Positions 42,707 through 52,051 of a stretch of 64,000 nt of DNA are shown in pieces. The stretch is from an uncultured Solirubrobacterales bacterium. Lineage in GTDB: Bacteria; Actinomycetota; Thermoleophilia; Solirubrobacterales; Solirubrobacteraceae. Position 1 is the first letter of the stretch. Each line of letters opens with the position of its first letter. Position numbers and translations under genes: made by a program. The stretch spans positions 107,891 to 171,890 of the forward strand of contig CAWBID010000023.1 of the NCBI GenBank assembly GCA_963788715.1, written 5' to 3'. The notes below the pieces were generated by a model that saw only the letters and a list, made by a program, of their open reading frames with translations, did no database searches and was not told the origin of the DNA.

Positions 42707-42795
42707 GTGCTCGCCGGAAGCCCTTGCTCGCCGTATGCGAGAGACCACGCAGGTAGGCTCTTGAGTAGATCCCGATAGAAGGAGCAATCTGACCT

Positions 42796-43683
42796 ATGGT
42801 CGCTTTGATCGTCGTAGCCGCCTTCGTGCTGTTCCTGTTGTTCGCGGCCGCGCGTACCATCCGTGTGATCCCACAGGCGCGCGCGGGCGTAGTCGAGCGC
42901 CTCGGGCGCTACAGCAGAACGCTCGAGCCGGGTCTGACGATCGTGACGCCGTTCATCGACAGGGTCAAGCCGCTAGTCGATTTGCGCGAGCAGGTCGTCA
43001 ACTTCGCGCCCCAGTCGGTCATCACCGAAGACAACGTGGTTGTGGCGATCGAAACGGTTCTTTATTTCACGATCACCGATCCACGCTCGGCGACCTATGA
43101 AGTGGCCAATCCTCTGCAGGCGATCGAGCAGCTCACAGTGACCACACTGCGCAACGTGATCGGCGGGCTGACACTCGAGGACACGCTGACCGCACGTGAG
43201 AGCGTCAACACCCAATTGCGGGTGGTTCTGGATGAGGCGACCGGCAAGTGGGGGATACGCATCAACCGTGTAGAGATCAAGTCTGTCGACCCGCCCCAGG
43301 ACATCAGGGCGGCGATGGAGAAGCAGATGCGCGCCGAGCGCGATCGTCGTGCGGCGATCCTCACCGCCGAAGGCGAGAAGCAGGCGCAGGTCCTCACCGC
43401 CGAAGGTCAGCAGCAGGCCGTGGTGCTGCGCGCCGAGGGCGATCGACAGGCGGCGGTGTTGCGTGCCGAGGGCGAAGCGAAGGCGATCGACACGGTGTTC
43501 AAAGCGATCCACGAGGGCAAACCCTCACGTGAGCTGCTCAGCTACGAATATCTGCAGATGCTGCCCTCGCTCGCCGAAGGAGACTCCAACAAGGTCTTCG
43601 TGATCCCCTCCGAGTTCGCCGAGGCGTTCGGCGGTATCGGCGAGGCGATCGCTAGCCGTAGCGAGCAGAATTCACCTGAGTCG
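42796..43683 (+). CDS. SPFH/Band 7 (stomatin, QmcA-like) protein; no stop codon seen before ffh
   Basis: VVERLGRY, VITEDNV, TTLRNVIG, MEKQMRAERDRRA, AEG repeats. Confidence 0.9.
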
Positions 43684-45043
43684 ATGTTCGAGTCGCTGGG
43701 CGAGAAGCTGCAGGCCACGCTGGGCGATGTCCGCCAGCGCGGCACGCTGACCGAGGGCGACATCGAGGCAGGCGATGCGCGAGATCCGCCTTGCGCTGCT
43801 GGAGGCGGACGTCAACTTCAAGGTCGTCAAGCGATTCACCGCCGATGTCAGGGATCGTTGTATGGGCGCCGACATCGTCGGCAAGCTCAACCCTGGCCAA
43901 CAGGTGGTGAAGATCGTCGCGGAGGAGCTGACCAAGTTGATGGGAGGCTCACCCACCGATGGCCCGGAGGAGGAGCCGGCTGGCCTCAGGTTCGCGTCAA
44001 GTCCGCCCACGGTGATCTTGATGGCGGGCCTGCAAGGATCGGGCAAGACGACCGCCTCGGCAAAGCTTGCGCGCTATCTGCGCGAGGAGCACTCGTCTTC
44101 GGTGGCCTTGGCAGCCTGCGACGTGTATCGGCCCGCCGCGGTCGATCAGCTGGTCAAGGTGGGGGCGCAGGCGGGAGCCACGGTGTACGAGCAAGGCACC
44201 GATCGCGACCCGGTGCAGATCGCGAGCTGGGCACTAGATCGAGCCGTCGAAGAGGGCAAGGACGTGCTGATCGTGGATACGAGCGGGCGCTTGCACGTCG
44301 ACGAGGCTTTGATGGCCGAGCTCGTGAAGATTCGCGACGCGGTCAAACCGACCGATGTACTGCTCGTGGTCGACGCCATGACCGGCCAGGACGCCGTCAA
44401 CGTCGCGGAGCAGTTCGCCGAGGCGGTCCAGTTCGACGGTGTGGTGATGAGCAAGCTCGATGGAGACGCCCGCGGCGGCGCCGCGCTGTCGGTCAAGGCG
44501 GTAACGGGCAAGCCAATCCTGTTCGCCTCCACGGGCGAGAAGCTGGATCGGTTCGAACGCTTCCATCCAGATCGCATCGCCCAGCGGATCCTCGGCATGG
44601 GCGACGTGATGAGTTTGATCGAGACTGCCGAGCGTCAGTTCGACGAGACGCAGGCAGCCGATCTGGAGCGCAAGCTCAGGCGCAACGAGTTCGGTCTCGA
44701 CGACTTCTTGGATCAGCTAAAGACGATTCGTCGCATGGGACCGCTCACCAACGTGCTCGGCATGATCCCCGGCTTCGCGGGCGCCCAACTCAAAGGGATG
44801 AAGGTCGATGAGCGTGAGCTCGACCGGGTGCAAGCGATCATCCTCTCGATGACACCTGAAGAGCGCACGCGCCCAGAGCTGATCAAGGGCTCACGTCGGT
44901 TGCGGATCGCTCGCGGCTCGGGTACGAACGTGCAGCAGGTCAATCAGCTCGTCAAGCAGTTCAGTCAGATGCGCAAGATGATGAAGCAGGTCGGTCGCGG
45001 CAAGATGCCGGATATCGGCGCGCTCATGAGACAAGCTAGGTGA
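43684..45043 (+). CDS. ffh: Signal recognition particle protein Ffh; frameshift near 43770
   Basis: MFESLGEKL start, ALLEADV, GLQGSGKTT, DTSGR, SKLDGDARGG, Met-rich M domain. Confidence 0.95.
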
Positions 45044-45062
45044 GCCTCCGCCTGCTCATGAA

Positions 45063-45076
45063 CGAACGGTCGTTCG
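45063..45076. promoter_or_regulatory. Palindrome CGAAC-GGTC-GTTCG matching the Gram-positive LexA box pattern
   Basis: Perfect GAAC-N4-GTTC with matching flanks, intergenic between ffh and rpsP. Confidence 0.35.
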
Positions 45077-45126
45077 TCGGTCAGCTAAGCTCTTGAGCTC
45101 AATAGCGTCGCTTCAGAGAGGACAAA

Positions 45127-45369
45127 GTGTCGGTAAGGCTAAGGCTCACGCGTGTGGGCGCAAAGAAGAACCCGATTTGGCGTGTCGTTGTCGCCGATCA
45201 GCGCTCCCCGCGCGACGGACGCGTGATCGAGACGATCGGCCACTACAACGCTCAAACGAACCCCTCCACGATCGTGATCGACGAGGAGCGGGCCAAAAGC
45301 TGGTTGGCTCGTGGGGCGCAACCGTCAAATACGGTTGCCAAGCTGCTGAGAATCCAAGGCATCTCCTAG
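45127..45369 (+). CDS. rpsP: 30S ribosomal protein bS16
   Basis: VRLRLTRVGAKKNP.WRVVVAD.RSPRDGR.IE.IG.Y, GAQPS. Confidence 0.97.
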   Translation: MSVRLRLTRVGAKKNPIWRVVVADQRSPRDGRVIETIGHYNAQTNPSTIVIDEERAKSWLARGAQPSNTVAKLLRIQGIS

Positions 45370-45390
45370 CGCTACGCCGCGGGTGATCGG

Positions 45391-45639
45391 ATGTCCGGCG
45401 AGGTCATGAGAGAGCTACTGGAGTATCTCGCCCAAGGCTTGGTCGATCGTCCCGAAGAGGTCTCGGTCGAGCAGTTCGAGGAGGACGACGGAACCGTCGT
45501 GCTCGAGTTGTGCGTGGCCGACGAGGACTATGGCAAGGTGATCGGCCGGGGAGGACGCACGGCGCAGGCCTTGCGCACCGTCGTGAAGGCCGCCGCGGTC
45601 AACGAGAAGCGCCGCGTACTCCTCGACATCGTAGATTGA
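45391..45639 (+). CDS. khpA: KH domain RNA-binding protein
   Basis: LVDRPEEV, D.GKVIGRGGRTAQALR; rpsP-rimM context. Confidence 0.92.
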   Translation: MSGEVMRELLEYLAQGLVDRPEEVSVEQFEEDDGTVVLELCVADEDYGKVIGRGGRTAQALRTVVKAAAVNEKRRVLLDIVD

Positions 45640-45649
45640 GGCACGCGCG

Positions 45650-46243
45650 TTGAGCGCGAGCTCTGAGGACCCACCCCGGAGGCAGATCGCCACGCGCGAT
45701 GATCGCGCCGGCCCGGAGGCGACCACCTCGAATGAGTTGTTGGCAGGTCGTGTGGGGCGCGCGCACGGTTTGGACGGAAGCTTCTATGTGACAGGGCCCA
45801 AGCCGCGCCTGCTCATTTTGGGAGCAACGGTGACGGTGGACGGTCGTGGCGCGAAGATCCTCAGGCGGGCTGGCACTGACGAGCATCCGCTCATACGCTT
45901 GCAGGGCATCGAGGATCGCGATGCGGTCGAGGTTTTGCGAGGGCTTGAGCTGAAAGTGGATTTCGCTGAGGCGCCCGAACTGGAGGAGGGGGAGTGGTGG
46001 GCCGGCGAACTGGAGGGTTGCGAGGTGTTCGATGGCCAGCGTCGCGTAGGAACCGTCCTTCGCATGATCGAGCTGCCCTCTTGTGAGGTGCTAGAGGTGC
46101 GACTGGACAGCCAGAGTCAGGACAACGACTCAAGCGGAGGGTCCGAGCTGCTCGTGCCGATGGTGCGCGATGCGATCCGCGATATCGACCCGGTTGCGCG
46201 TCGAATCGACGTAGATATGGGCTTCTTGGAGGAGTTGTTGTGA
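45650..46243 (+). CDS. rimM: Ribosome maturation factor RimM (start uncertain)
   Basis: GRVGRAHGLDG, LEEGEWW..ELEG, LLVPMV PRC barrel. Confidence 0.92.
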   Translation: MSASSEDPPRRQIATRDDRAGPEATTSNELLAGRVGRAHGLDGSFYVTGPKPRLLILGATVTVDGRGAKILRRAGTDEHPLIRLQGIEDRDAVEVLRGLELKVDFAEAPELEEGEWWAGELEGCEVFDGQRRVGTVLRMIELPSCEVLEVRLDSQSQDNDSSGGSELLVPMVRDAIRDIDPVARRIDVDMGFLEELL

Positions 46244-46274
46244 GTGTTGCCACCGGCGATATCGCTGAGGTCCG

Positions 46275-46958
46275 ATGATGGAAATCGACGTCTTCACTTT
46301 GTTCCCCGAGTGGTTTGACTGGTTTGCCACGCAGCGCCACGTGCGCAACGTGCTCGAGGCGGGGTCTCGGCTGAGCTGCGTCAACTTCCGCGAGCACACC
46401 CCTCTCAGCGCAGGGCAGGTCGATGACACGCCCTGCGGAGGTGGCGCCGGCATGGTTTTGCGTGTCGACGTGATTGACGCCGCCCTCAGTACCCACTACG
46501 GGGTCGACGCGACACAGATCCGCGACGATCGTCGGGTAATCGCGCTCACCCCGGGCGGCCGCCGCTTGGACGAGAAATATGTGCGGGAGCTCGCGGCCGA
46601 GCCTGCCCTCACATTGCTGTGTGGACGCTACGAGGGTTTCGATGAGCGCGTCGTTGAGCACTTCGCGAGCGAGACACTCTCGATCGGCCGCTATGTCCTC
46701 TCCGGTGGAGAGCTTGCGGCGATGGTGGTGTGCGACACCATCATGCGTAAGTTGCCAGGAGCCTTGGGTCACGCTGACTCTGCGGTGGAGGAGTCATTTA
46801 GCGAGGTTTTGGGGGGCGATCCTGAGTATCCGCACTACACGCGCCCCGTCGAGTATCGGGGCTGGTCTGTGCCCGAGATTCTGCTCTCCGGCCACCACGA
46901 GCGCATCAGGGAGTGGCGTCTGGAGCAAAGCCGCAATCGTGGTCAGCGAGCCGGATAA
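46275..46958 (+). CDS. trmD: tRNA (guanine-N1)-methyltransferase
   Basis: [47 protein letters not shown]. Confidence 0.97.
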   Translation: MMEIDVFTLFPEWFDWFATQRHVRNVLEAGSRLSCVNFREHTPLSAGQVDDTPCGGGAGMVLRVDVIDAALSTHYGVDATQIRDDRRVIALTPGGRRLDEKYVRELAAEPALTLLCGRYEGFDERVVEHFASETLSIGRYVLSGGELAAMVVCDTIMRKLPGALGHADSAVEESFSEVLGGDPEYPHYTRPVEYRGWSVPEILLSGHHERIREWRLEQSRNRGQRAG

Positions 46959-47052
46959 GAGCTTGCCTGCGCTTGCCCGTGCGCCGTTCGCTACCATTCG
47001 CGGTCGCGTCGGCGAGTGCAGCGACTTTCCGCTCACACGGCGCCTTCTTCTT

Positions 47053-47730
47053 ATGAGCACCGTTATCGAAAGCATCGAGCGTGCGCAACTGCGCCGCGTC
47101 CCCGACTTTGCGCCTGGCGATCGCGTCAAGGTGCACTTCCAGGTGATCGAGGGCACGCGCCGGCGTATCCAGGTCTTTGAGGGCGTAGTCATCAAGCGCC
47201 AAGGCCACGGTGCACGTGAGACCTTCACGGTACGAAAGCAATCCTTTGGTGTTGGCGTGGAGCGCATGTTCCCGGTGCACTCACCCAAGATCGAGCGCAT
47301 CGAGGTGGCCGCCAGAGGTGACGTGCGCAGAGCGAAGCTCTATTACCTGCGCGATCGCGTGGGCAAGCGCGCTCGTGTGCGCGAGCGTCGCTACACAGGA
47401 CCCGAGCAGGCTGTTGAATCGGGGCTGCTTTATGGCGCCGAGGAGGCCACCGACGCGGATGGCGCGACCGCCGGAGATACGCTGTCGGAGGCACCCGGGG
47501 CACAGCCCGAGGGCACGGTTATAGATGGCGCTGAGGAGACTCAGGCCGCGGCTTCGGTAGACGGCGTGGAGGAGCCGACTGCCCAGTCCGGTGCCGCCCA
47601 GGGGTCGGGTGGGGAGGTCTCCGCGGAGGAGGGGACCGACGTAGTCGCGACAGCCCAAGCGGAGGCGGACAAGGACGAGCCTGTTCCCTCCGACGCCGGC
47701 GATGCTCCTGCCGGCGACTCGGCGGCGTGA
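47053..47730 (+). CDS. rplS: 50S ribosomal protein bL19 with long acidic C-terminal extension
   Basis: [48 protein letters not shown]. Confidence 0.97.
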   Translation: MSTVIESIERAQLRRVPDFAPGDRVKVHFQVIEGTRRRIQVFEGVVIKRQGHGARETFTVRKQSFGVGVERMFPVHSPKIERIEVAARGDVRRAKLYYLRDRVGKRARVRERRYTGPEQAVESGLLYGAEEATDADGATAGDTLSEAPGAQPEGTVIDGAEETQAAASVDGVEEPTAQSGAAQGSGGEVSAEEGTDVVATAQAEADKDEPVPSDAGDAPAGDSAA

Positions 47731-48416
47731 GCGCCGACCCTGCCTCGGCAAAAGGCGCCGGGCGCAAGCGCGCCGGTGGAGTGTCGGGTTCCGGGTCGGG
47801 CGCAGATGTACCGAAGTCCAAGACTAACTCGGTCATAGAGCTGATCGTCATCGTCTTGGTCGCGATCGGTCTGGCGCTGGCGATTCAAGCTTGGATCGTC
47901 AAGCCTTACAGGATCCCGAGCGGCTCGATGGAACCGACGTTGAAGGTGGGCCAAAGGGTGCTCGTGAATCGGATCGGCATGCACTTCGGCAAACCTCACG
48001 TCGGCGAGATCGTGGTGTTCCACCCTCCCAAGGATGCCGAACAGCAGATTTGCGGACCTGCGCCTCACATGGTCACTCCTGGCGGAGCGCCCTGCGATTC
48101 GCCCGAGCCGCAGGAGGCGAGTGTGAACTTCATCAAGCGCATCGTGGCTGGCCCGGGCGACACGCTCTACATCAAGGAAGGGCACGCTTACGTCAACGGC
48201 AAGCGAGAGAAAGACTCCTACATCAACCCCTGCGAAGGCGGCTCTGAGTGTAACTTTCCGACGCCGATCAAGATTCCCGCCGGTCATTGGTTCATGATGG
48301 GTGACAATCGTGGCGAGTCGGACGACAGCAGATTCTGGGGGCCAGTCCCCACAAGTTGGATCATCGGAGGGGCCTTTGCCACTTACTGGCCTCCCGACCG
48401 CGTCGGCTTCCTCTAG
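47727..48416 (+). CDS. lepB: Signal peptidase I
   Basis: [33 protein letters not shown]. Confidence 0.96.
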   Translation: MSADPASAKGAGRKRAGGVSGSGSGADVPKSKTNSVIELIVIVLVAIGLALAIQAWIVKPYRIPSGSMEPTLKVGQRVLVNRIGMHFGKPHVGEIVVFHPPKDAEQQICGPAPHMVTPGGAPCDSPEPQEASVNFIKRIVAGPGDTLYIKEGHAYVNGKREKDSYINPCEGGSECNFPTPIKIPAGHWFMMGDNRGESDDSRFWGPVPTSWIIGGAFATYWPPDRVGFL

Positions 48417-49113
48417 TCCCTCTTCGCGGGCTCCGTATTCCAAGCGCGCGGCGCGCCGTCGCGCGCGACGCAAAAGCGGACAGAGGCTGTTCGCGTTTGA
48501 CCGGGCGCTCGGTGCGCGATTGGTGGCGGGCGCCGACGAGGCGGGGCGCGGTTGTCTTGCCGGGCCGCTCGTAGCTGCGGCCGTCCTGTTCGACTACGAG
48601 CAGCTCACCACGCAGGAGTTTCGCGCGTTGGCCAGCTTGAATGACTCCAAGCAGCACAAAGCGGAGGCCCGTGAGGAGCTCTACCCGCTCGTTTTGAGTG
48701 CCGCTTCGCGTGTGACTGTGGTCTCACGCTGCGTGCAGGGGATCGACTCGCGAGGCTTGCACAAGACGAACTTGGCGGCTTTGCGCGACGCGATCCGGGG
48801 CGTTACCAGTGGGATACCGGACGAGGTGATCTGCCTGATCGATGGTTTCGCAGTGCCTGAGTTCGAGCGACCGCAACGTCCGGTCGTGGGCGGCGATGCC
48901 ACCAGCGCCGCGATAGCGGCGGCGTCGATCGTGGCCAAGGTGACGCGCGATCGCTACATGCACCATGCTGAGGAGCTGCATCCAGGTTGGAGCTTCGCTG
49001 AGCATGTCGGCTACTCGACGCCCGTGCACCGCGAAGCGATCGAACGCCAGGGCGTCTCGCCACTGCACCGCATGTCTTTTCAGTCGCTGGCCTACCAGCA
49101 GCTGGCGCTCTGA
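48301..49113 (+). CDS. rnhB: Ribonuclease HII (true start likely downstream of 48301)
   Basis: GADEAGRGCLAGP, LNDSK, LIDG, IAAASIVAKVTRD, HRMSF. Confidence 0.94.
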   Translation: MTIVASRTTADSGGQSPQVGSSEGPLPLTGLPTASASSSPSSRAPYSKRAARRRARRKSGQRLFAFDRALGARLVAGADEAGRGCLAGPLVAAAVLFDYEQLTTQEFRALASLNDSKQHKAEAREELYPLVLSAASRVTVVSRCVQGIDSRGLHKTNLAALRDAIRGVTSGIPDEVICLIDGFAVPEFERPQRPVVGGDATSAAIAAASIVAKVTRDRYMHHAEELHPGWSFAEHVGYSTPVHREAIERQGVSPLHRMSFQSLAYQQLAL

Positions 49114-49196
49114 CCTTCGCGCGTGTCGCCGCGCTGCGACGGTCGGAGGTTCTCTGCGTTAGGGGTGTGGTCTGTTCGGATGTTTCCGTCATTGGC

Positions 49197-49625
49197 TCAC
49201 CAAGCCCCCTCGATGTGATCGAGGCGCAATAGTCGATCTGAGCCGTCGACGATCACCCCGACTGCGTCGAAGCGGATCGAGTGGGCCTTGGGGCGTGAAT
49301 GGGTGTTCTCGTAGAGCCAAGCGCACGCCAGTCGCTTTATACGAGTGCGTTGGCCGAGCTTCAGCCAAGCCAACGGTTGGTCTTCGGGACACAGACCTCT
49401 GCGACGGTTGCTCGCGCGCCGCGTCTTGACCTCGGCGAAGACCAAGGTGCGGTTATCGAAGGCGATCAAGTCTATCTCGCCGTAGCGAGTCCTCACGTTG
49501 CGAGCCACGATCACGAATCCGAGCCGGCGAAAGTGTGCGACGGCGAGATCCTCTCCAAGCGCGCCCAAGGCGCGACGGCGATCACGCGGGACGGGTGCGC
49601 CTGGCGGAGGTTGGCTGGACGGCAT
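49197..49625 (-). CDS. yraN: YraN/UPF0102 family putative endonuclease
   Basis: GALGEDLA, ARNVR..GEIDLIA, FAEVKTR, RFDAVGV. Confidence 0.9.
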   Translation of the reverse strand: MPSSQPPPGAPVPRDRRRALGALGEDLAVAHFRRLGFVIVARNVRTRYGEIDLIAFDNRTLVFAEVKTRRASNRRRGLCPEDQPLAWLKLGQRTRIKRLACAWLYENTHSRPKAHSIRFDAVGVIVDGSDRLLRLDHIEGAW

Positions 49626-49780
49626 CCTCTGACCATAGGCTGCAAAATGTGACGAAATAGACACAGATGTGCCGATTTGCGCGCGAGTTTGCTCAATAAC
49701 ACGCAAATCCATCGAGGCTAGGTCGGGGCGGCGCCTGAGCTGGAGATATCCTGGCGGTCCCGCTCGTATCGTCCCTCCCC

Positions 49781-50248
49781 GTGACCGACACCTCTAACAA
49801 TCCCAGTGGAGCAACCGCCTCCGCCGCAACCGCCGATGTCGAGCGAAGCGATGATGGCGCGCGCTTCGGGATTGACGGTGTTAGTGGCTTCATGGGCATG
49901 CGTTGGGAGCGCCCAGACACCGTCCGGCTGACAATACGCCCAGAGTTGATCAACGCCGGTGGGCTGCTCTCAGGCGTCGTGACCTATGCCCTCGTCGATT
50001 ACTGCATGGGCTCGACCTTGTGGCCACATACCGGCGAGGAGGAGCGCATTGCGACCCTCAACATTTCGATCAACTACATCCAGACAGCTATAGAGGGCGA
50101 CATCGTGTGCACGACCCAGCTCGACCGACGCAACCGCACGAATGCGGTCCTTCGCAGCGAGGTACGCCACGAGGATGACCGTCTCCTGGTCACGGCCATC
50201 GGCAGCTACGCGATCTTCCCGGCGCGCAAGCGTCAAGCCACCGTTTAA
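49781..50248 (+). CDS. PaaI family (hotdog-fold) thioesterase
   Basis: N..GLLSGVVTYALVD..MG, ATLNISINY. Confidence 0.85.
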   Translation: MTDTSNNPSGATASAATADVERSDDGARFGIDGVSGFMGMRWERPDTVRLTIRPELINAGGLLSGVVTYALVDYCMGSTLWPHTGEEERIATLNISINYIQTAIEGDIVCTTQLDRRNRTNAVLRSEVRHEDDRLLVTAIGSYAIFPARKRQATV

Positions 50249-50261
50249 CCGGCGGCCTCTT

Positions 50262-51104
50262 ATGGCAGGCCTGCTAGCCCGTACCCCTCGCGTGCTCACC
50301 ATCGCTGGGTCGGATTCGGGCGGTGGGGCTGGCATTCAGGCCGATCTCAAGGCATTTGCGCGTTGTGGGGTGCACGGCATGAGCGCGATCACTGCGATCA
50401 CGGCCCAGAACACGCTGGGTGTAGAGGCGGTCCACGCGATTCCGCCCGAGATCGTCATCGCTCAGGTTCGCGCTGTAGTTGCCGACATTGGCGTAGACGC
50501 CGTCAAGGTGGGGATGCTCGGCGCCGCCTCGACGGTCCACGCGGTGGCCGCCGCGCTCGACGAGCTGTTCGGCGAGATCCCCGTGGTTGTCGATCCGGTG
50601 ATGGTCAGCGAGTCTGGCGCCCGCTTGCTCGACCTTGACGCCGAGAGTGCACTCCTAGCCGAGATCCTGCCGCGGGCCACGGTCCTCACGCCGAACCTGC
50701 CCGAGGCCAGCGCCCTCGTGGGCGGCGTTTCCGACTCAACGCAAGACCAAGCGTCGATTCTGGCCCGCGCGGTGCTCAAGCTAGGTCCGAAGATCGTAGT
50801 TCTCACCGGAGGTCACCGCGAGCAGGCCACAGATCTGTTCCTCGACTCGCATGAACCCGAGCGAATCGTGAGCATCCCCGGCAAGCGTCACCCCGACGGG
50901 GCCGCCCACGGTTCCGGTTGCACTCACTCCTCGGTCTTGGCCGCCCAACTGGCGCTCGGACGTCCACCGCTCCAGGCCGCCTTCGCCGCGCGTGCCCTGA
51001 CCGGGGAAGCGGTTGCCCGTGGCCTGCGTGACGTGGGCCACGGCCCTGGACCGGTCGACGCGATCGGCTTGAAGCGCGTTCGGGCCGAGCTCGGTTTGTC
51101 ATAA
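50262..51104 (+). CDS. thiD: Hydroxymethylpyrimidine/phosphomethylpyrimidine kinase
   Basis: VLTIAGSDSGGGAGIQADLK, TAQNT, VKVGML, VDPVM, TPNLPEA, HGSGC. Confidence 0.96.
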   Translation: MAGLLARTPRVLTIAGSDSGGGAGIQADLKAFARCGVHGMSAITAITAQNTLGVEAVHAIPPEIVIAQVRAVVADIGVDAVKVGMLGAASTVHAVAAALDELFGEIPVVVDPVMVSESGARLLDLDAESALLAEILPRATVLTPNLPEASALVGGVSDSTQDQASILARAVLKLGPKIVVLTGGHREQATDLFLDSHEPERIVSIPGKRHPDGAAHGSGCTHSSVLAAQLALGRPPLQAAFAARALTGEAVARGLRDVGHGPGPVDAIGLKRVRAELGLS

Positions 51105-51113
51105 TCGCTGACC

Positions 51114-51362
51114 ATGAGGCTGTTGCGCGTCAAGCCCGGTCATGGTGAGGTGGTGCTGGCCGAGGGCGATGTCGCGGTGCCCGAGCAGCACGCCGAGTTG
51201 CTACAAGCTTTCCGTAGCGAGCTCGACGCGGGCATGTGGGCCGCCGTGCCCACCTCGAGTGAGGCGGGGCGTCGCCAGGCCGAGCTGGTTCGAAGCTTCG
51301 AGGAGGTTCCCCTGGACGCAGAGCGTGTGATCTTCTTCCCCAGGGCAGCCGGCGGTCGCTGA
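51114..51362 (+). CDS. Small hypothetical protein with ubiquitin/ThiS/MoaD-like C-terminus (VIFFPRAAGGR)
   Basis: 82 aa, GC-rich third codon positions, CATAAT upstream of ATG; fold assignment is inference only. Confidence 0.7.
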   Translation: MRLLRVKPGHGEVVLAEGDVAVPEQHAELLQAFRSELDAGMWAAVPTSSEAGRRQAELVRSFEEVPLDAERVIFFPRAAGGR

Positions 51363-51436
51363 TGCGCGCTTCATCCCCTGTGTTCGCCGCCGACCGCACA
51401 AAAGCCGCGCGCGCGGCATCCTGAGGCTCGGGGTCG

Positions 51437-52051
51437 ATGCTTGCGTTCGGGACGCTCGCGATTGTGCTCCTGGCGTTGCTCTCGGTCCTCGCTTTGCAGC
51501 AAGCGCGACGCAGTGCCGTGCCGGACGCATTGCGTTCTTTGCGCAAGCGCCTGCGCGAGCGTGACACGCACACACTCGCCAACTATGACCCCGGGCGCGA
51601 ACTGCGCGCCGAGCAACGCGCACGCGAGCTGTTGCGCTCGTGCGTCAACGAGGAGGAGTGGGCGATGTATCGCGAACTTGGCTTCGTGCGCGTGTGGGGC
51701 ACCGCCGAGGAGGGCACGTATGCGTATCTCATCTACCCACACAAGCCGATCCTCGCTTATGTCCCTGACGGCGCCCAGATCGTGGGCGAGTACTGCGTAG
51801 AGTTCCCTGACCAAACTCGCCCCTACGGCAGCCCCAGGTTGCCGGACTCCGACGACGTGCTCGCCAAGTGGATCCGGCTCACAGCCGACGAGCGAGGTTT
51901 GATCGAGCAGGCCAACATGCACCTGCCCGGACGCCAGATCCGGGTTGCCAAGGCGCGCCGCGACCTTGCTCGCTTGGCGGCTTGGGAACGCGAGCGCTCG
52001 GCAACGCCCAGGCGAGCGCCTCGTCGCGTCGGTAGTGTTCCGGCGCTGTGA
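51437..52051 (+). CDS. Hypothetical protein with N-terminal TM anchor
   Basis: Hydrophobic N-terminus; RAEQRARELL, YCVEFPD, DDVLAKW..LTADE..AN segments; stop overlaps the ilvD GTG. Confidence 0.75.
   Translation: MLAFGTLAIVLLALLSVLALQQARRSAVPDALRSLRKRLRERDTHTLANYDPGRELRAEQRARELLRSCVNEEEWAMYRELGFVRVWGTAEEGTYAYLIYPHKPILAYVPDGAQIVGEYCVEFPDQTRPYGSPRLPDSDDVLAKWIRLTADERGLIEQANMHLPGRQIRVAKARRDLARLAAWERERSATPRRAPRRVGSVPAL

Noticed and set aside
50249-50261. TPP riboswitch before thiD
   Set aside because: Only 13 nt separate paaI and thiD
51362-51436. Selenocysteine readthrough of the in-frame TGA at 51422
   Set aside because: No convincing SECIS hairpin or redox-motif context; the upstream peptide looks non-conserved
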